Shown in pieces: positions 16,181 to 25,571 of a stretch of DNA of 64,000 nt; the stretch's first letter is position 1; each line of letters opens with the position of its first letter. The position numbers and the translations under genes were made by a program. The notes under the pieces were generated by a model. It was not told where the DNA came from, searched no databases, and saw only the letters and a list, made by a program, of their open reading frames with translations. This DNA is from Dehalococcoidia bacterium (GTDB lineage Bacteria > Chloroflexota > Dehalococcoidia > SHYB01): the NCBI GenBank assembly GCA_034421515.1, contig DAOUKH010000019.1, positions 14,794-78,793 of the forward strand. The letters run 5' to 3'.

Positions 16181-17655
16181 GCCACGAACTCCAAAATGGG
16201 CGCCATGGAGCCGGGGCGGCGCGCATTGAGCATTGGCTGTGGAGGATCCAGCATGTCCGTAACGAACCCGGAGGGTATCGGAAGACGCTTGAGGACGTTG
16301 CTCTGCGTGCGGATGAAACCATTAGCCGCTCGCTGACAGTTCTCGGTGAGCCACTCACGGGCGTGCTTACTGTTCAGGTACTCGCAGAGAGGTTCGAGCA
16401 TCGACGGGTTCCTGGGCACGATGTAGTAGGTGGAGTGGCGCGGCATCGTTGCACCGGACCTATCCAGCCAGAAGGCCGGTCTGCATGCAATGTCCTTACA
16501 GAGGATCTTAGGCCGTAGGATTTGCGGCATGCATGGAGTCTCGTGGAACGCATACCAAGGTTTTCGACTTGTGCACGTCCGCTTCAGCAGTTTCGCGGAG
16601 ACCCGCGGCTCCATCAAATACCGAGCAAAGCCCCCCAAGTTCTCCAGTGGTGTGAGTGTGCCGTCTAAGCCGTATGGCACCAGCATGATCGCGTGGGTTT
16701 CAATCCGGCCCTTAGCCATGTCCAGGTCTCGCCCCGAAACGGTTGGCCAGGCGAATTCATTGAGCCCCTCAGGCAATTCGTTTCGTTCGCGGACGAAAAC
16801 CTTGTCCGCGCCGGTCGCTACACCGCAACTGACGCGGTCGCAGACTGCGGAGAGGATGTCTGCCGTCCGGCCAGACTTTGAATCCGTCCCAGAGCCATTC
16901 ACGAAGGGCTGCCAACTCATGCCGCCCGGCGGGAGATAGGCGATCTTTTCGAGACCTCTGCGGTTCACGATCCGGGTAGCTCGTTTGCTCTTGGCCTTCT
17001 CCAGCACCGTAACCAGAGGATAGGTGACAAGGCTCCCAAATGTGTCCTCAGGAAGGAATTCGATCATTCGGACATCATGGGCGCTGAGCAACGCTCGGAG
17101 CGAAGCGGCGGAATCTACATAGGTATACTTCTCAGGAGTCACAAAAACGAGCCGGCCGCCTGGTTCAAGGATCTCTAAGGCCCGCTCGAAAAACAACATA
17201 TACAAATCAAACCGGCCGGTGGCAGTGCGGTAGTGGGCCTTATGCTCGGCCTTCTCTCGTTCGTTCAACTCAAGAATCGAGGCATAGGGGGGATTTCCGA
17301 TAACGTAATCATACGTTCCCCAGTGCCTGGCCTTCAGAAAATCCCCTTCGATTACACTGATCTGCTGATTGTTCCTGAAGTGGGACGCGGCTTCGGCAGC
17401 TAACTGCCCATCAAGCTCTACACCGGTTACCTCTGCAAGCTCTGACCGGCTTGCTAGAGACCAGCGCACGACCCCCTTTATGAAAGCGCCGGCGCCGCAA
17501 CCGGGGTCAAGAATGCGGTCGCCGTGACGAACATTCCTACCTTCAAACAGCAGTTCGACCATGTGGTCGACCAGCCTATCGGGTGTGGGTACGAAACCTC
17601 TCATTGGCCTCCGTCGCATGTCGCCTAGGCGGGTCGCATGTCGCCTAGGCGGCAT
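16177..17655 (-). CDS. N6-adenine DNA methyltransferase (Eco57I/TaqI-like, gamma class)
   Basis: SAM motif ILDPGCGAGAF followed by the catalytic VIGNPPY, then a long C-terminal target-recognition region. The start is ambiguous: ATG 17655, 17619 or 17604. The last one has a GGAGG immediately upstream. Confidence 0.85.
   Translation of the reverse strand: MPPRRHATRLGDMRRRPMRGFVPTPDRLVDHMVELLFEGRNVRHGDRILDPGCGAGAFIKGVVRWSLASRSELAEVTGVELDGQLAAEAASHFRNNQQISVIEGDFLKARHWGTYDYVIGNPPYASILELNEREKAEHKAHYRTATGRFDLYMLFFERALEILEPGGRLVFVTPEKYTYVDSAASLRALLSAHDVRMIEFLPEDTFGSLVTYPLVTVLEKAKSKRATRIVNRRGLEKIAYLPPGGMSWQPFVNGSGTDSKSGRTADILSAVCDRVSCGVATGADKVFVRERNELPEGLNEFAWPTVSGRDLDMAKGRIETHAIMLVPYGLDGTLTPLENLGGFARYLMEPRVSAKLLKRTCTSRKPWYAFHETPCMPQILRPKILCKDIACRPAFWLDRSGATMPRHSTYYIVPRNPSMLEPLCEYLNSKHAREWLTENCQRAANGFIRTQSNVLKRLPIPSGFVTDMLDPPQPMLNARRPGSMAPILEFVA
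17613..17652. repeat. perfect 2 x 20-bp tandem duplication
   Basis: GTCGCATGTCGCCTAGGCGG occurs twice back to back. Each copy contains CCTAGG and an ATG (reverse strand). Confidence 0.95.
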
Positions 17656-17766
17656 GATGGCGTGATAAGAATCGTGATAAGGATTAAACGGCGCGAGCGA
17701 AGCCTGGTCAAGTTGACCGTGTCGGGCGGGCTATGTGAGAATCTCCCGCCGGAGGAGGACCGTACT

Positions 17767-18123
17767 GTGACCCTCATCAGCTTCGACATAGACGGCACCA
17801 TGATCTTCGGACAGCCCCCCGGCGTGATCACCGTGGACGTCGTGCGGCAGGCGAAAAGCATGGGCTGCATCGTCGGCAGCGCGTCCGACCGCCCCATCAG
17901 CAACCAGACGCAGCTCTGGGAAGAGCACGAGATGGAAGTCGATTTCGTCAGCCTGAAGCACCGCCTTGACGAGATCAAGGAGCGCTTCAGCGCGACGTAT
18001 CACGTCCACTTCGGCGACACCGAGATGGACCGCTACTTCGCCAAGCAGGCCGGGTTCGACTTCCACCACGTCGACGACCTTCCCGGCGACATCCTCTCCC
18101 TGCTCCCCGGGGCGGCCGAGTAG
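17767..18123 (+). CDS. small HAD-superfamily hydrolase
   Basis: GTG 17767 lies 7 nt after GGAGGAGG. Motif I is FDIDGT, motif II GSASD, and motif IV GDTEMD. Confidence 0.7.
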   Translation: MTLISFDIDGTMIFGQPPGVITVDVVRQAKSMGCIVGSASDRPISNQTQLWEEHEMEVDFVSLKHRLDEIKERFSATYHVHFGDTEMDRYFAKQAGFDFHHVDDLPGDILSLLPGAAE

Positions 18124-18153
18124 GGCTTCGCTCCGGGCGGCCTATCGGCGGCC

Positions 18154-19515
18154 TCAATTCCCCCCGTACAGCCTCGTTAGGTCGCGGAAGTCGTCGATTT
18201 CCTCAAGCCCGGCGAGACCCGCGAACAGATTGTCAGCCGAGGCTTGGCCTATGACCGGGGCGACCAACCGCTTGAACTTGGCCTCCAGGTCCGCCGGTGA
18301 GAGTGGCCGCCGGGGGCCTCCGATGACGTCGACGTAGGCGGTCTCCTTCCAGAAGGTCCTCCCCTTGGCGGTGACCTCGGCCCGCCGTCGCTCGTGGGGG
18401 TAAGGCACGATCGATCCCGTGGTCTTCTCCGCCGGGTCCAGGGGCTCGGGATCGAGCTCAATCCGCACCTTCTTCGCGAGCGCGACGACCTCAGGGTCGT
18501 GGCGGATGCCTTCGGCGAACCAAGCCGGCCCAGACTCCTCACCCAAGAGAATCAGCGCGATGACACTGGGGATCGCATACAGCGCATCCCAATAGCCGTC
18601 GGGTTCGGGAAGGTTGAACGGGGGATTCGTCCACGTGGGCTCCCGGACCAGGAGCCTTATCTCATCGATATCCTCCGGGCGGAGTCCTTCCTCGCGCGCA
18701 ATCGAGACCGCGAGGTCGATGGCATGATGACTCGTACCCCCGGGAGCGATCCACGGCTTCAGGTACATCTCCCGCGTGAGGTAGTGATACGGGGTTGGGG
18801 ACGCCGCCAGCGCGTCCAGGTCGTACATGTCGGCCCGCTCCAGCACGTCCAGGGGGCCGGTGAACCCATTGCGGGCGAGCAGGGCGGCCTGCACGCCGAC
18901 GGGGCAGACCATCACGTTGGCCGTGTTGCCGATCATGCTGCCCAGTCCTAGGCCGAGCGTCGGTGGAGCGATCATCCAGGCGAGTCCGACCAGATTGTTC
19001 ATCTGGGTCTCGTCCAATTTCATGAGCTTGCCGCTCACGAGGGCGCAAAGAAGGATCTGGTGCCGCATGCGCATCACTCGTCCACGGGCATCAACGGCCG
19101 TGGCGGCATAGGCGAACCGGGCGCCGAGCTCGAACACCGTGGCCACCGCGGCGATGATCTCCTTCCCGGAGGCATGCATGCGCTCGCCCACCGCCAGCCC
19201 CGTCTGATTGATGCGTTCGATGGAGTGGCCGGCCGGGCCCATCTCGTCGTAGTTGCTGGCATAGCAGAACATCGCGTTCACGCCCGCCGCCACACCCGCG
19301 GACACCTTCGCTCCATCGCCGACGACGGTGGACTCGGGCGGGCCGCCCGCATCCCGGGCGTAGTCCACCAAGGCTTGGCCCTGCATCGCGTAGCCTTGGA
19401 ATGCAATCCCGACGTCATCGAGAATGGCTTCCTTAATCTTGGCGACCGCCGCGGCAGGGATGTCTTCAAAATCGGTCTCGATGAGTTCCTTGATCAGTCC
19501 CCTTGTCGTAGACAT
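18154..19515 (-). CDS. MmgE/PrpD family protein
   Basis: ATG 19515 follows GAGGAGG. About 453 aa. The N-terminus (FEDIPAAAVAKIKEAILDDVGIAF) and overall length are typical of the 2-methylcitrate dehydratase family. Confidence 0.8.
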   Translation of the reverse strand: MSTTRGLIKELIETDFEDIPAAAVAKIKEAILDDVGIAFQGYAMQGQALVDYARDAGGPPESTVVGDGAKVSAGVAAGVNAMFCYASNYDEMGPAGHSIERINQTGLAVGERMHASGKEIIAAVATVFELGARFAYAATAVDARGRVMRMRHQILLCALVSGKLMKLDETQMNNLVGLAWMIAPPTLGLGLGSMIGNTANVMVCPVGVQAALLARNGFTGPLDVLERADMYDLDALAASPTPYHYLTREMYLKPWIAPGGTSHHAIDLAVSIAREEGLRPEDIDEIRLLVREPTWTNPPFNLPEPDGYWDALYAIPSVIALILLGEESGPAWFAEGIRHDPEVVALAKKVRIELDPEPLDPAEKTTGSIVPYPHERRRAEVTAKGRTFWKETAYVDVIGGPRRPLSPADLEAKFKRLVAPVIGQASADNLFAGLAGLEEIDDFRDLTRLYGGN

Positions 19516-19701
19516 TTCATCCTCCTCGCCTGCCCCGCACATTAACGACATGTATCCCCGTAGAGGTTAGAGCCGCACCAAGGCCTACTGTATGACAGGC
19601 CGCGCAAAGAAACCACGGTATCGCGGAGGTTGCCGAGGCGGTGGCGGGGCGGCCGCTCCCGCCGGGCATCTCAGCCTTCCCAGACGGAACTGGTGGAGAC
19701 G

Positions 19702-20565
19702 CTAACCGTCGAGCCGTACCAGGACGCGGTCGCCGCGGGCAAGGCCCAGCGACTCCGCCGCGCTTCCGTTGCGAATGGCGATTTCGAGGCGCCCGCCGCT
19801 GCCCCAGACCGCGAGCGGCGTGCCTTCGTCCGCCCATACGTAGCTGGGGTGCACCTCGCCGACGAGGCGGCCCGCCGCCTCGACCGACGTCACGTTGGGT
19901 GCGTCGCCGCGCTTGAGGTTGGTGACGGCGTTCCCGAAGGCGTCGACATGGATGACGCGGGCCGTGATCACGCCGTCGGCTGCTGGAGTGGGCCGCGCGA
20001 TGCACAGCCGCTGGAGTGTGTCGAGCCGGGAGCCCATCCGCGCCGCGTCCATACCGAAGCAGAGGTGCGCCGCCGCCGGAGCGAAGATGTCCCGTCCGTG
20101 GAAGACGTTGCTGACCTCGGGGAGGCGGTAGGCGGGGTCCGTTAGCTCGAAGACTTCCACGCCCGTTGGGAGCGGCGACTCGACCGTCCGCGCCAATGCG
20201 TCGTCGTCGGACTCAGCCTCTGTGAATGGCCAGGCGGCCGCGTCGGGCAGCAGCGCCTCGATGGCCAGGCTCAGCACGCCGTTGTCGGGGCCTACAAGGT
20301 GGACGCCGCCGGCGCGCGCCGCGATGGCGCGGCGGCCTGTGCCGACGCCGGGGTCGACGACGGCGACGTGCACGCAGCCCTCGGGGAAGTAGGTGACCGC
20401 CTCGGCGAGCACGTAGGCGCCGTGCAGGACGTCCTGCGGGGCGACGTCATGGGAGATGTCGATGCAGGGGACGCCGGGGGCGATGCCGAGGATGACCCCC
20501 TTCATCGCGGCGGCGTAGGCGTCGACGCGGCCGAAGTCGGTGGTGAGCGTGACGGCGGGCGTCAC
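19702..20565 (-). CDS. SAM hydroxide adenosyltransferase (DUF62 / SAM hydrolase) family protein
   Basis: VTLTTDFG..DAYAAAMKGVILGI.P...IDISHD...DV..GAYVL.......PEG.VHVAVVDPGVG is the family signature. The GTG start overlaps the secG stop. Confidence 0.85.
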   Translation of the reverse strand: MTPAVTLTTDFGRVDAYAAAMKGVILGIAPGVPCIDISHDVAPQDVLHGAYVLAEAVTYFPEGCVHVAVVDPGVGTGRRAIAARAGGVHLVGPDNGVLSLAIEALLPDAAAWPFTEAESDDDALARTVESPLPTGVEVFELTDPAYRLPEVSNVFHGRDIFAPAAAHLCFGMDAARMGSRLDTLQRLCIARPTPAADGVITARVIHVDAFGNAVTNLKRGDAPNVTSVEAAGRLVGEVHPSYVWADEGTPLAVWGSGGRLEIAIRNGSAAESLGLARGDRVLVRLDG

Positions 20566-20789
20566 CCGCGATCGATGAACCTCGCGCTGACCAGCGCGAG
20601 CAGGACGAAGATCACCGTGAGCGCGATCGTGCCGCGAAAGAGGGTCTGCTCGAAACCGCGGCGGGTGCGGAAGTTCGTGGAGTAAGCCTGGCCGAAGATT
20701 CCCCCGCCCGTGCCCTTCACCTGAAGTAACACCATGCCCACGAGCACGACGGCGAGCACGATCGTTATGCTGTTGAGGACGGTTTCCAC
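20562..20789 (-). CDS. secG: preprotein translocase subunit SecG
   Basis: 75 aa, two TM helices, and the LLQ.KG.GGG.FG motif. Confidence 0.85.
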   Translation of the reverse strand: METVLNSITIVLAVVLVGMVLLQVKGTGGGIFGQAYSTNFRTRRGFEQTLFRGTIALTVIFVLLALVSARFIDRG

Positions 20790-20838
20790 GAGTCTTCGCC
20801 TCGACCGGCGGCCTGCCGGTCCCGTTCAGTATACGCCA

Positions 20839-22329
20839 CTAGCCGCCGAGCCGCTCCCGCAGCATCTCCATCACCACGCCGGGATTGGCGCGGCCCTTCG
20901 TCGCCTTCATCACCTGCCCGACGAGGAACTTGATCGCGGTGTCTTTGCCGGCCCGGTAGTCGGCGACGGCCTTCTCGTTCGCCGCGATGGCCTCGTCGAT
21001 GATGGGGAGCATGTCGTCCGTAGCGGAAATCTGGGTCAGCCCCTTTTCCTTCACGATGGCGCCGGGCGCCTTGCCGGTGGCGAAGCTTTCTTCGAAGACT
21101 TCCTTGGCGACGTTCCCGGTGATCGTCTTCGCGTCGATCAGGTCGAGCACCTCGGCGAGATGTTCCGGTGAGAGGTTGAGCCCCTCGTCGCCGACCTCCT
21201 TGCCCGCCTCATTGAGCAGGCGGCTGACCTCGCCGAGCGCCCAGTTCGCCGCCGCCTTGGCGCGGCCCTGTTCGTCCGTCGATGGGTTGACCTTGACCAC
21301 CGCCTCGAAGAAGTCGGCCATGGCCTTGGTGGAGGTGAGTTGTCCGGCGTCGTAGGCGGAGAGGCCGTACTGGTCTTGGAAGCGGCGGCCGCGGGCGTCG
21401 GGGAGCTCCGGCAGCGTTGCTTCGATCTCCTCCACCCAGGCCGGCGACAGCGCCAGCGGCGGCAGGTCGGGCTCTGGGAAGTACCGGTAGTCGTGGGCCT
21501 GCTCCTTGCTGCGCTGGCTGATCGTCACTGCCCTGGCCTCGTTCCAGCCGCGGGTCTCTTGGACGATTCGCTCGCCGGTGTCCAGGCGCTCCGTCTGCCG
21601 TTCGATCTCGAACAGCAGTGCCTGGTAGACCGAGCGGAAGCTGTTCATGTTCTTCACTTCGACCTTGGTCGGGGGAAGGTCCGTCGTGCCCTTGGGCCGG
21701 AGGCTGACGTTAGCGTCGCAGCGGAAGCTGCCCTCCTCCATGCTCCCCGTGCTGACGCCAAGGTACTGGAGGATGGCGCGGAGCTTGACGAGGTAGCGGC
21801 GGGCCTCCTCGGCCGAGCGCAGGTCGGGCTCGCCGACGATCTCCATCAGGGGAATGCCGGAGCGGTTCAGGTCGACGAGGCTGTAGCCCTCGCCGCCGGG
21901 CTCGGCGCGGTGGAGGAGCTTCGCGGTGTCTTCCTCCAGATGCACCCGCGTAATGCCGGCGCGGCGGACGCTGCCGTCCTCGGCCTCGATCTCCAGCCAG
22001 CCGCCGCTGGCGATCGGCTCGTCGTACTGCGATATCTGAAAGCCCTTGACGAGGTCGGGATACGGGTAGTTCTTGCGGTCGAACTTGGTGTGCTCGTTGA
22101 TGGTGCAGTTGAGGGCGAGCCCCGTCATGACGGTGTACTCGACGGCGGCGCGGTTGATCACCGGCAGGGCGCCGGGGAGCCCCATGGAGACGGGGTCGAC
22201 GCGGGTGTTCGGCGGCGCGGTCTGGTAGTCCGTCGGGCAGCGGCTGAACATCTTGCTCTGCGTCAGCAGCTGCGCGTGCACTTCGAGGCCGATGACGGGT
22301 TCGTACTCGATCCTGGCGGTCGTCGTCAT
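20839..22329 (-). CDS. gatB: Asp-tRNA(Asn)/Glu-tRNA(Gln) amidotransferase subunit B
   Basis: [13 protein letters not shown]...SKMFS...; a C-terminal YqeY-like tail ([18 protein letters not shown]). ATG at 22329. Confidence 0.95.
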   Translation of the reverse strand: MTTTARIEYEPVIGLEVHAQLLTQSKMFSRCPTDYQTAPPNTRVDPVSMGLPGALPVINRAAVEYTVMTGLALNCTINEHTKFDRKNYPYPDLVKGFQISQYDEPIASGGWLEIEAEDGSVRRAGITRVHLEEDTAKLLHRAEPGGEGYSLVDLNRSGIPLMEIVGEPDLRSAEEARRYLVKLRAILQYLGVSTGSMEEGSFRCDANVSLRPKGTTDLPPTKVEVKNMNSFRSVYQALLFEIERQTERLDTGERIVQETRGWNEARAVTISQRSKEQAHDYRYFPEPDLPPLALSPAWVEEIEATLPELPDARGRRFQDQYGLSAYDAGQLTSTKAMADFFEAVVKVNPSTDEQGRAKAAANWALGEVSRLLNEAGKEVGDEGLNLSPEHLAEVLDLIDAKTITGNVAKEVFEESFATGKAPGAIVKEKGLTQISATDDMLPIIDEAIAANEKAVADYRAGKDTAIKFLVGQVMKATKGRANPGVVMEMLRERLGG

Positions 22330-22383
22330 AACGCCATCGAGTATACCGCGCCCGCGGGCCTGCGGGCACCGACACTCCCTCAA

Positions 22384-22782
22384 CCCCTCCCAACCTCTCC
22401 TTCTGGGAGCACCTCAAACCTCTCCCCTCTGGGGGAGACTGAGAGAGGGCACGCGCCGCAGGCGCGTCGGCGGGGCGGGGTGCGGCGGTCCCCTCCGGCC
22501 TCTTCTCCCCCGGAGACCTTTGCGTAACCCGCGACGCCGCAGGAGGATCGTCCCTGTAGGGGCGACCCTCGTGGTCGCCCACTCCCTGATCACCACCAAC
22601 CGCGGTCGAAACCCGCCGTCCCTCCCCTGTAGGGGCGCTTCGCGAAGCGCCCGTTCCCTATTCCCCGAATGGCTTCGTGGGCCCTGGTCAAGGTTACGCA
22701 AAAGGCCTCCCAGAGGGAGAGAGGCTTGGGATGGCGCTTCCACGGGCGGCGCCCCATGCCGTACCCTTACGGGCGAGCGCCT
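22384..22782. repeat. interspersed mosaic hairpin repeats, cluster R2
   Basis: Contains the modules TCTCCCCTCTGGGGGAGACTGAGAGAGGGC, CTTTGCGTAACCC...GATCGTCCCTGTAGGGGCGACCCTCGTGGTCGCCC, GTAGGGGCGCTTCGCGAAGCGCCC and GGTTACGCAAAAGGCCTCCC. All of them recur elsewhere in the window. Confidence 0.8.
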
Positions 22783-24039
22783 ATGCCAACTGCCGCCGTC
22801 ACCCACCTGGGCTGCAAGCTCAACCAGTCAGAGGCCGAAGCCCTGTCGTTGGCCTTCGCCCGCGCGGGCTACGACATCGTCCCGCCCGCCGACGGCCCCG
22901 ACGTCTTCGTCCTCAACAGCTGCACCGTGACCCACGTCGCCGACCGCAAGTCCCGCCAGATGCTGCGGCGGGCGAAACGACGGAACCCTGCGTCGCAGGT
23001 CATCGCCACCGGCTGCTACGCGCACCGCGCGCCCCAGGACCTTGAAACGATGGCCGAGGTCGACCTCGTCGTCGACAACCGCGACAAGATGCGCCTCCTC
23101 GACATCCTCGGCCTTCCGGCCGCTGACGTCGCTGCCCCATCCAATGGGCGCCGGGCGCGCTCGATGGTCAAGATCCAAGAGGGCTGCAACCAGGTCTGCG
23201 CCTACTGCATCGTGCCGAAAACGCGGGGCCGTGAGCGGAGCCTGCCCATCGACCGGATTCTCGACACGATGCGGGCCCGCACCGCCGCCGGCTACCGCGA
23301 GATCGTCCTTACCGGCACCCAGCTTGGCTCCTATGGGTTCGAGTTCGGCTCCGCGCCGGACGGCCGCACCTGGTACGAAGAGCTCGTGCGCCGCGCCCTC
23401 GACGAGACCGGCGTGACTCGGCTGCGCTTCTCCTCGCTCCAGCCGCAGGAGATCACCGACGGGATGATCGATCTCTACCGCGAGGAGCGGCTCTGCCCCC
23501 ACGTCCACATCCCGCTGCAGAGCGGGAGCGATCCCGTGCTGCGCCGCATGCGCCGCCGGTATAGCGCGGCGGACTTCCGCCGCTGCGTCGACCGGCTGCG
23601 GTCGGCGGCGCCCGGCATCGCCATCACGACCGACATCATCGTCGGCTTCCCTGGGGAAACGGAGGCGGACTTCGGCGCCACCGTCGCGCTCGCCGAGGAC
23701 GTGGCCTTCGCGCAGGTCCACGTCTTCCCCTACTCCCACCGGCCGGGAACGTCGGCGGCCCACTTCGCCGACCACCTCGACCCCAAGACCAAGGCCGCGC
23801 GTGAGGCGCGTCTGCTCGACCTCGCCGACCGATCGGCCCGGGCCTACCGCCGGACTTTCGAGGGCCACGACGCGGTCGTGCTCTGGGAGGAGGAGAAGGA
23901 CGGGCGCTGGAGCGGGCTCACCGAGCACTACGTCCGCGCCTTCACCACAGCCGGCCGCGACCTGCGCAACGAGATCGCACGGGTGCGGGTCGTGGACGTG
24001 GCCGACGACGGTCTGCGCGTCGACCTGCTGCCGGAGTAG
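22783..24039 (+). CDS. mtaB: tRNA methylthiotransferase, MiaB/MtaB family (radical SAM)
   Basis: N-terminal UPF0004 domain (LGCKLNQSEAE...NSCTVT), radical-SAM CNQVCAYC, and a C-terminal TRAM-like end. Confidence 0.85.
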   Translation: MPTAAVTHLGCKLNQSEAEALSLAFARAGYDIVPPADGPDVFVLNSCTVTHVADRKSRQMLRRAKRRNPASQVIATGCYAHRAPQDLETMAEVDLVVDNRDKMRLLDILGLPAADVAAPSNGRRARSMVKIQEGCNQVCAYCIVPKTRGRERSLPIDRILDTMRARTAAGYREIVLTGTQLGSYGFEFGSAPDGRTWYEELVRRALDETGVTRLRFSSLQPQEITDGMIDLYREERLCPHVHIPLQSGSDPVLRRMRRRYSAADFRRCVDRLRSAAPGIAITTDIIVGFPGETEADFGATVALAEDVAFAQVHVFPYSHRPGTSAAHFADHLDPKTKAAREARLLDLADRSARAYRRTFEGHDAVVLWEEEKDGRWSGLTEHYVRAFTTAGRDLRNEIARVRVVDVADDGLRVDLLPE

Positions 24040-24041
24040 CC

Positions 24042-25571
24042 CTAGGACTTCGGCCGGCGCCGGGTGCCGTCGGGACCGTCTTCTAGGAGGACGCCGAGCC
24101 CGTCGAGCCGGTCGCGGATGATGTCGGCGACGCCGAACTCCTTGGCCTCCCGCGCCGCGTTCCGTGCTTCGACGAGCACGTCGAGCAGCAGGTCGGCGTC
24201 GCCGATCTTCTCCTCGGCGGTCCAGCGGGTGCCGTCGGGGCCGTCTTCCAGACTCACCCCAAGGGCGGTGAGCCGGTCGCGCACCATGTCGGCGAGGTCG
24301 AAGCGCTTGGCCCCTCGGAAGGCGGCGCGCGTCTCGATGAGGAGGTCGAGGGCGGGCCCGGTTTCGGCGTCGAGCTTGGGCGTTTCGAGGGTGAGGCCGA
24401 GGATGCCCGTCAGCTCAAGGAGCGCGGCCTGCGCGCCGGCGACGTCGCGGCCTTCCTCGGCGGCCCGGTTGATGTCGCGGGCGAGGTCGAAGAGGGAGGC
24501 GACGGCCTGCGGGGTGTTGAAGTCATCGTCCATGGCGGTGATGAACCGCTCGCGGTGCTCCGCCGCATCGAGCGCGCCGCTCCCGCCCGCCTTCGACGTC
24601 GCCGCGGCGGCGTGGCGGAGGCGCTGCGCGCCGCGTCCGGCGGCGGACACGTTCTCCTCGCTGAACTTGAGCGGACTGCGGTAGTACGAGCTCAGGACGA
24701 AGACGCGGATGGCGTCGGGGTTGTGGCGATCGAGCGCCTCGCGCACCGTGATCAGGTTGCCCAGCGACTTGCTCATCTTCTCTTCCCCAAGCTGGAGGAG
24801 TCCGTTGTGCATCCAGAACCGAACGAAGGGCGTCTTACCGGTGAACGACTCGCTCTGGGCGATCTCGTTCTCGTGGTGGGGAAAGATGAGGTCGGCGCCG
24901 CCGCCGTGGATGTCGATGGTCTCGCCGAGGTGGCGCAGGGACATGGCGCTGCACTCGATGTGCCAGCCGGGCCGTCCGGGGCCCCAAGGGCTGGGCCAAG
25001 CGGGCTCGCCCTCCTTGGCGCCCTTCCAGAGCGCGAAGTCGAGCGGGTCTTCCTTGCCCGCGCCGGGCTCGACGCGCGCCCCGGCGAGCATGCCCTCCAG
25101 GGTCCGGTGACTGAGCGCGCCATAGTCGTCGTCTTGGCGCACCCGGAAGTAGACGTCGCCGCCCGCGGCATAGGCGTAGCCCGACGCGATGAGCCCTTCG
25201 ATCAGCTCGATGATCTTGGGAAGCTCCTCGGTGGCGCGGGGGTAGACGTGGGCGGGCAGGATGTTGAGCTCCGCCATCTCCGCGTGGAAGTCGTCGATGT
25301 GGCGGCCGGCGAGCTCGGCGGAGTCGATGCCGAGCCGGGCGGCCCGCTCGATGATCTTGTCGTCGATGTCGGTGAAGTTCTGGACGTGCTTGACGGCCAA
25401 CCCGCGCCATTCGAGGTAGCGCCGCACCACGTCGAAGATGATGTAACTCATGGCGTGGCCGACGTGCGCCGGGGAGTAGGGCGTGATGCCGCAGACGTAC
25501 ATGCGGACGGTCTCGCCGTCGAACGGCGCAAAATCGCTCTTGGCGCGCGTGAGGGTGTTGAAGACTTGCAT
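24042..25571 (-). CDS. cysS: cysteine--tRNA ligase
   Basis: MYVCGITPYSPAHVGHA (HIGH), KMSKSLGN (KMSKS). The start ATG overlaps the ispF stop (TGATG). The C-terminal module is duplicated. Confidence 0.95.
   Translation of the reverse strand: MQVFNTLTRAKSDFAPFDGETVRMYVCGITPYSPAHVGHAMSYIIFDVVRRYLEWRGLAVKHVQNFTDIDDKIIERAARLGIDSAELAGRHIDDFHAEMAELNILPAHVYPRATEELPKIIELIEGLIASGYAYAAGGDVYFRVRQDDDYGALSHRTLEGMLAGARVEPGAGKEDPLDFALWKGAKEGEPAWPSPWGPGRPGWHIECSAMSLRHLGETIDIHGGGADLIFPHHENEIAQSESFTGKTPFVRFWMHNGLLQLGEEKMSKSLGNLITVREALDRHNPDAIRVFVLSSYYRSPLKFSEENVSAAGRGAQRLRHAAAATSKAGGSGALDAAEHRERFITAMDDDFNTPQAVASLFDLARDINRAAEEGRDVAGAQAALLELTGILGLTLETPKLDAETGPALDLLIETRAAFRGAKRFDLADMVRDRLTALGVSLEDGPDGTRWTAEEKIGDADLLLDVLVEARNAAREAKEFGVADIIRDRLDGLGVLLEDGPDGTRRRPKS

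Noticed and set aside
22414-22806. Small ORFs inside repeat clusters (for example 22414..22806, 27519..27776, 34979..35224, 43373..43579, 51465..51695) with peptides such as GRPYRDDP, VGATLVVAH and PLPLGEGWGEG
   Set aside because: They are translations of the interspersed hairpin repeats in arbitrary frames and orientations. The same DNA modules occur in both orientations, so no frame is conserved.
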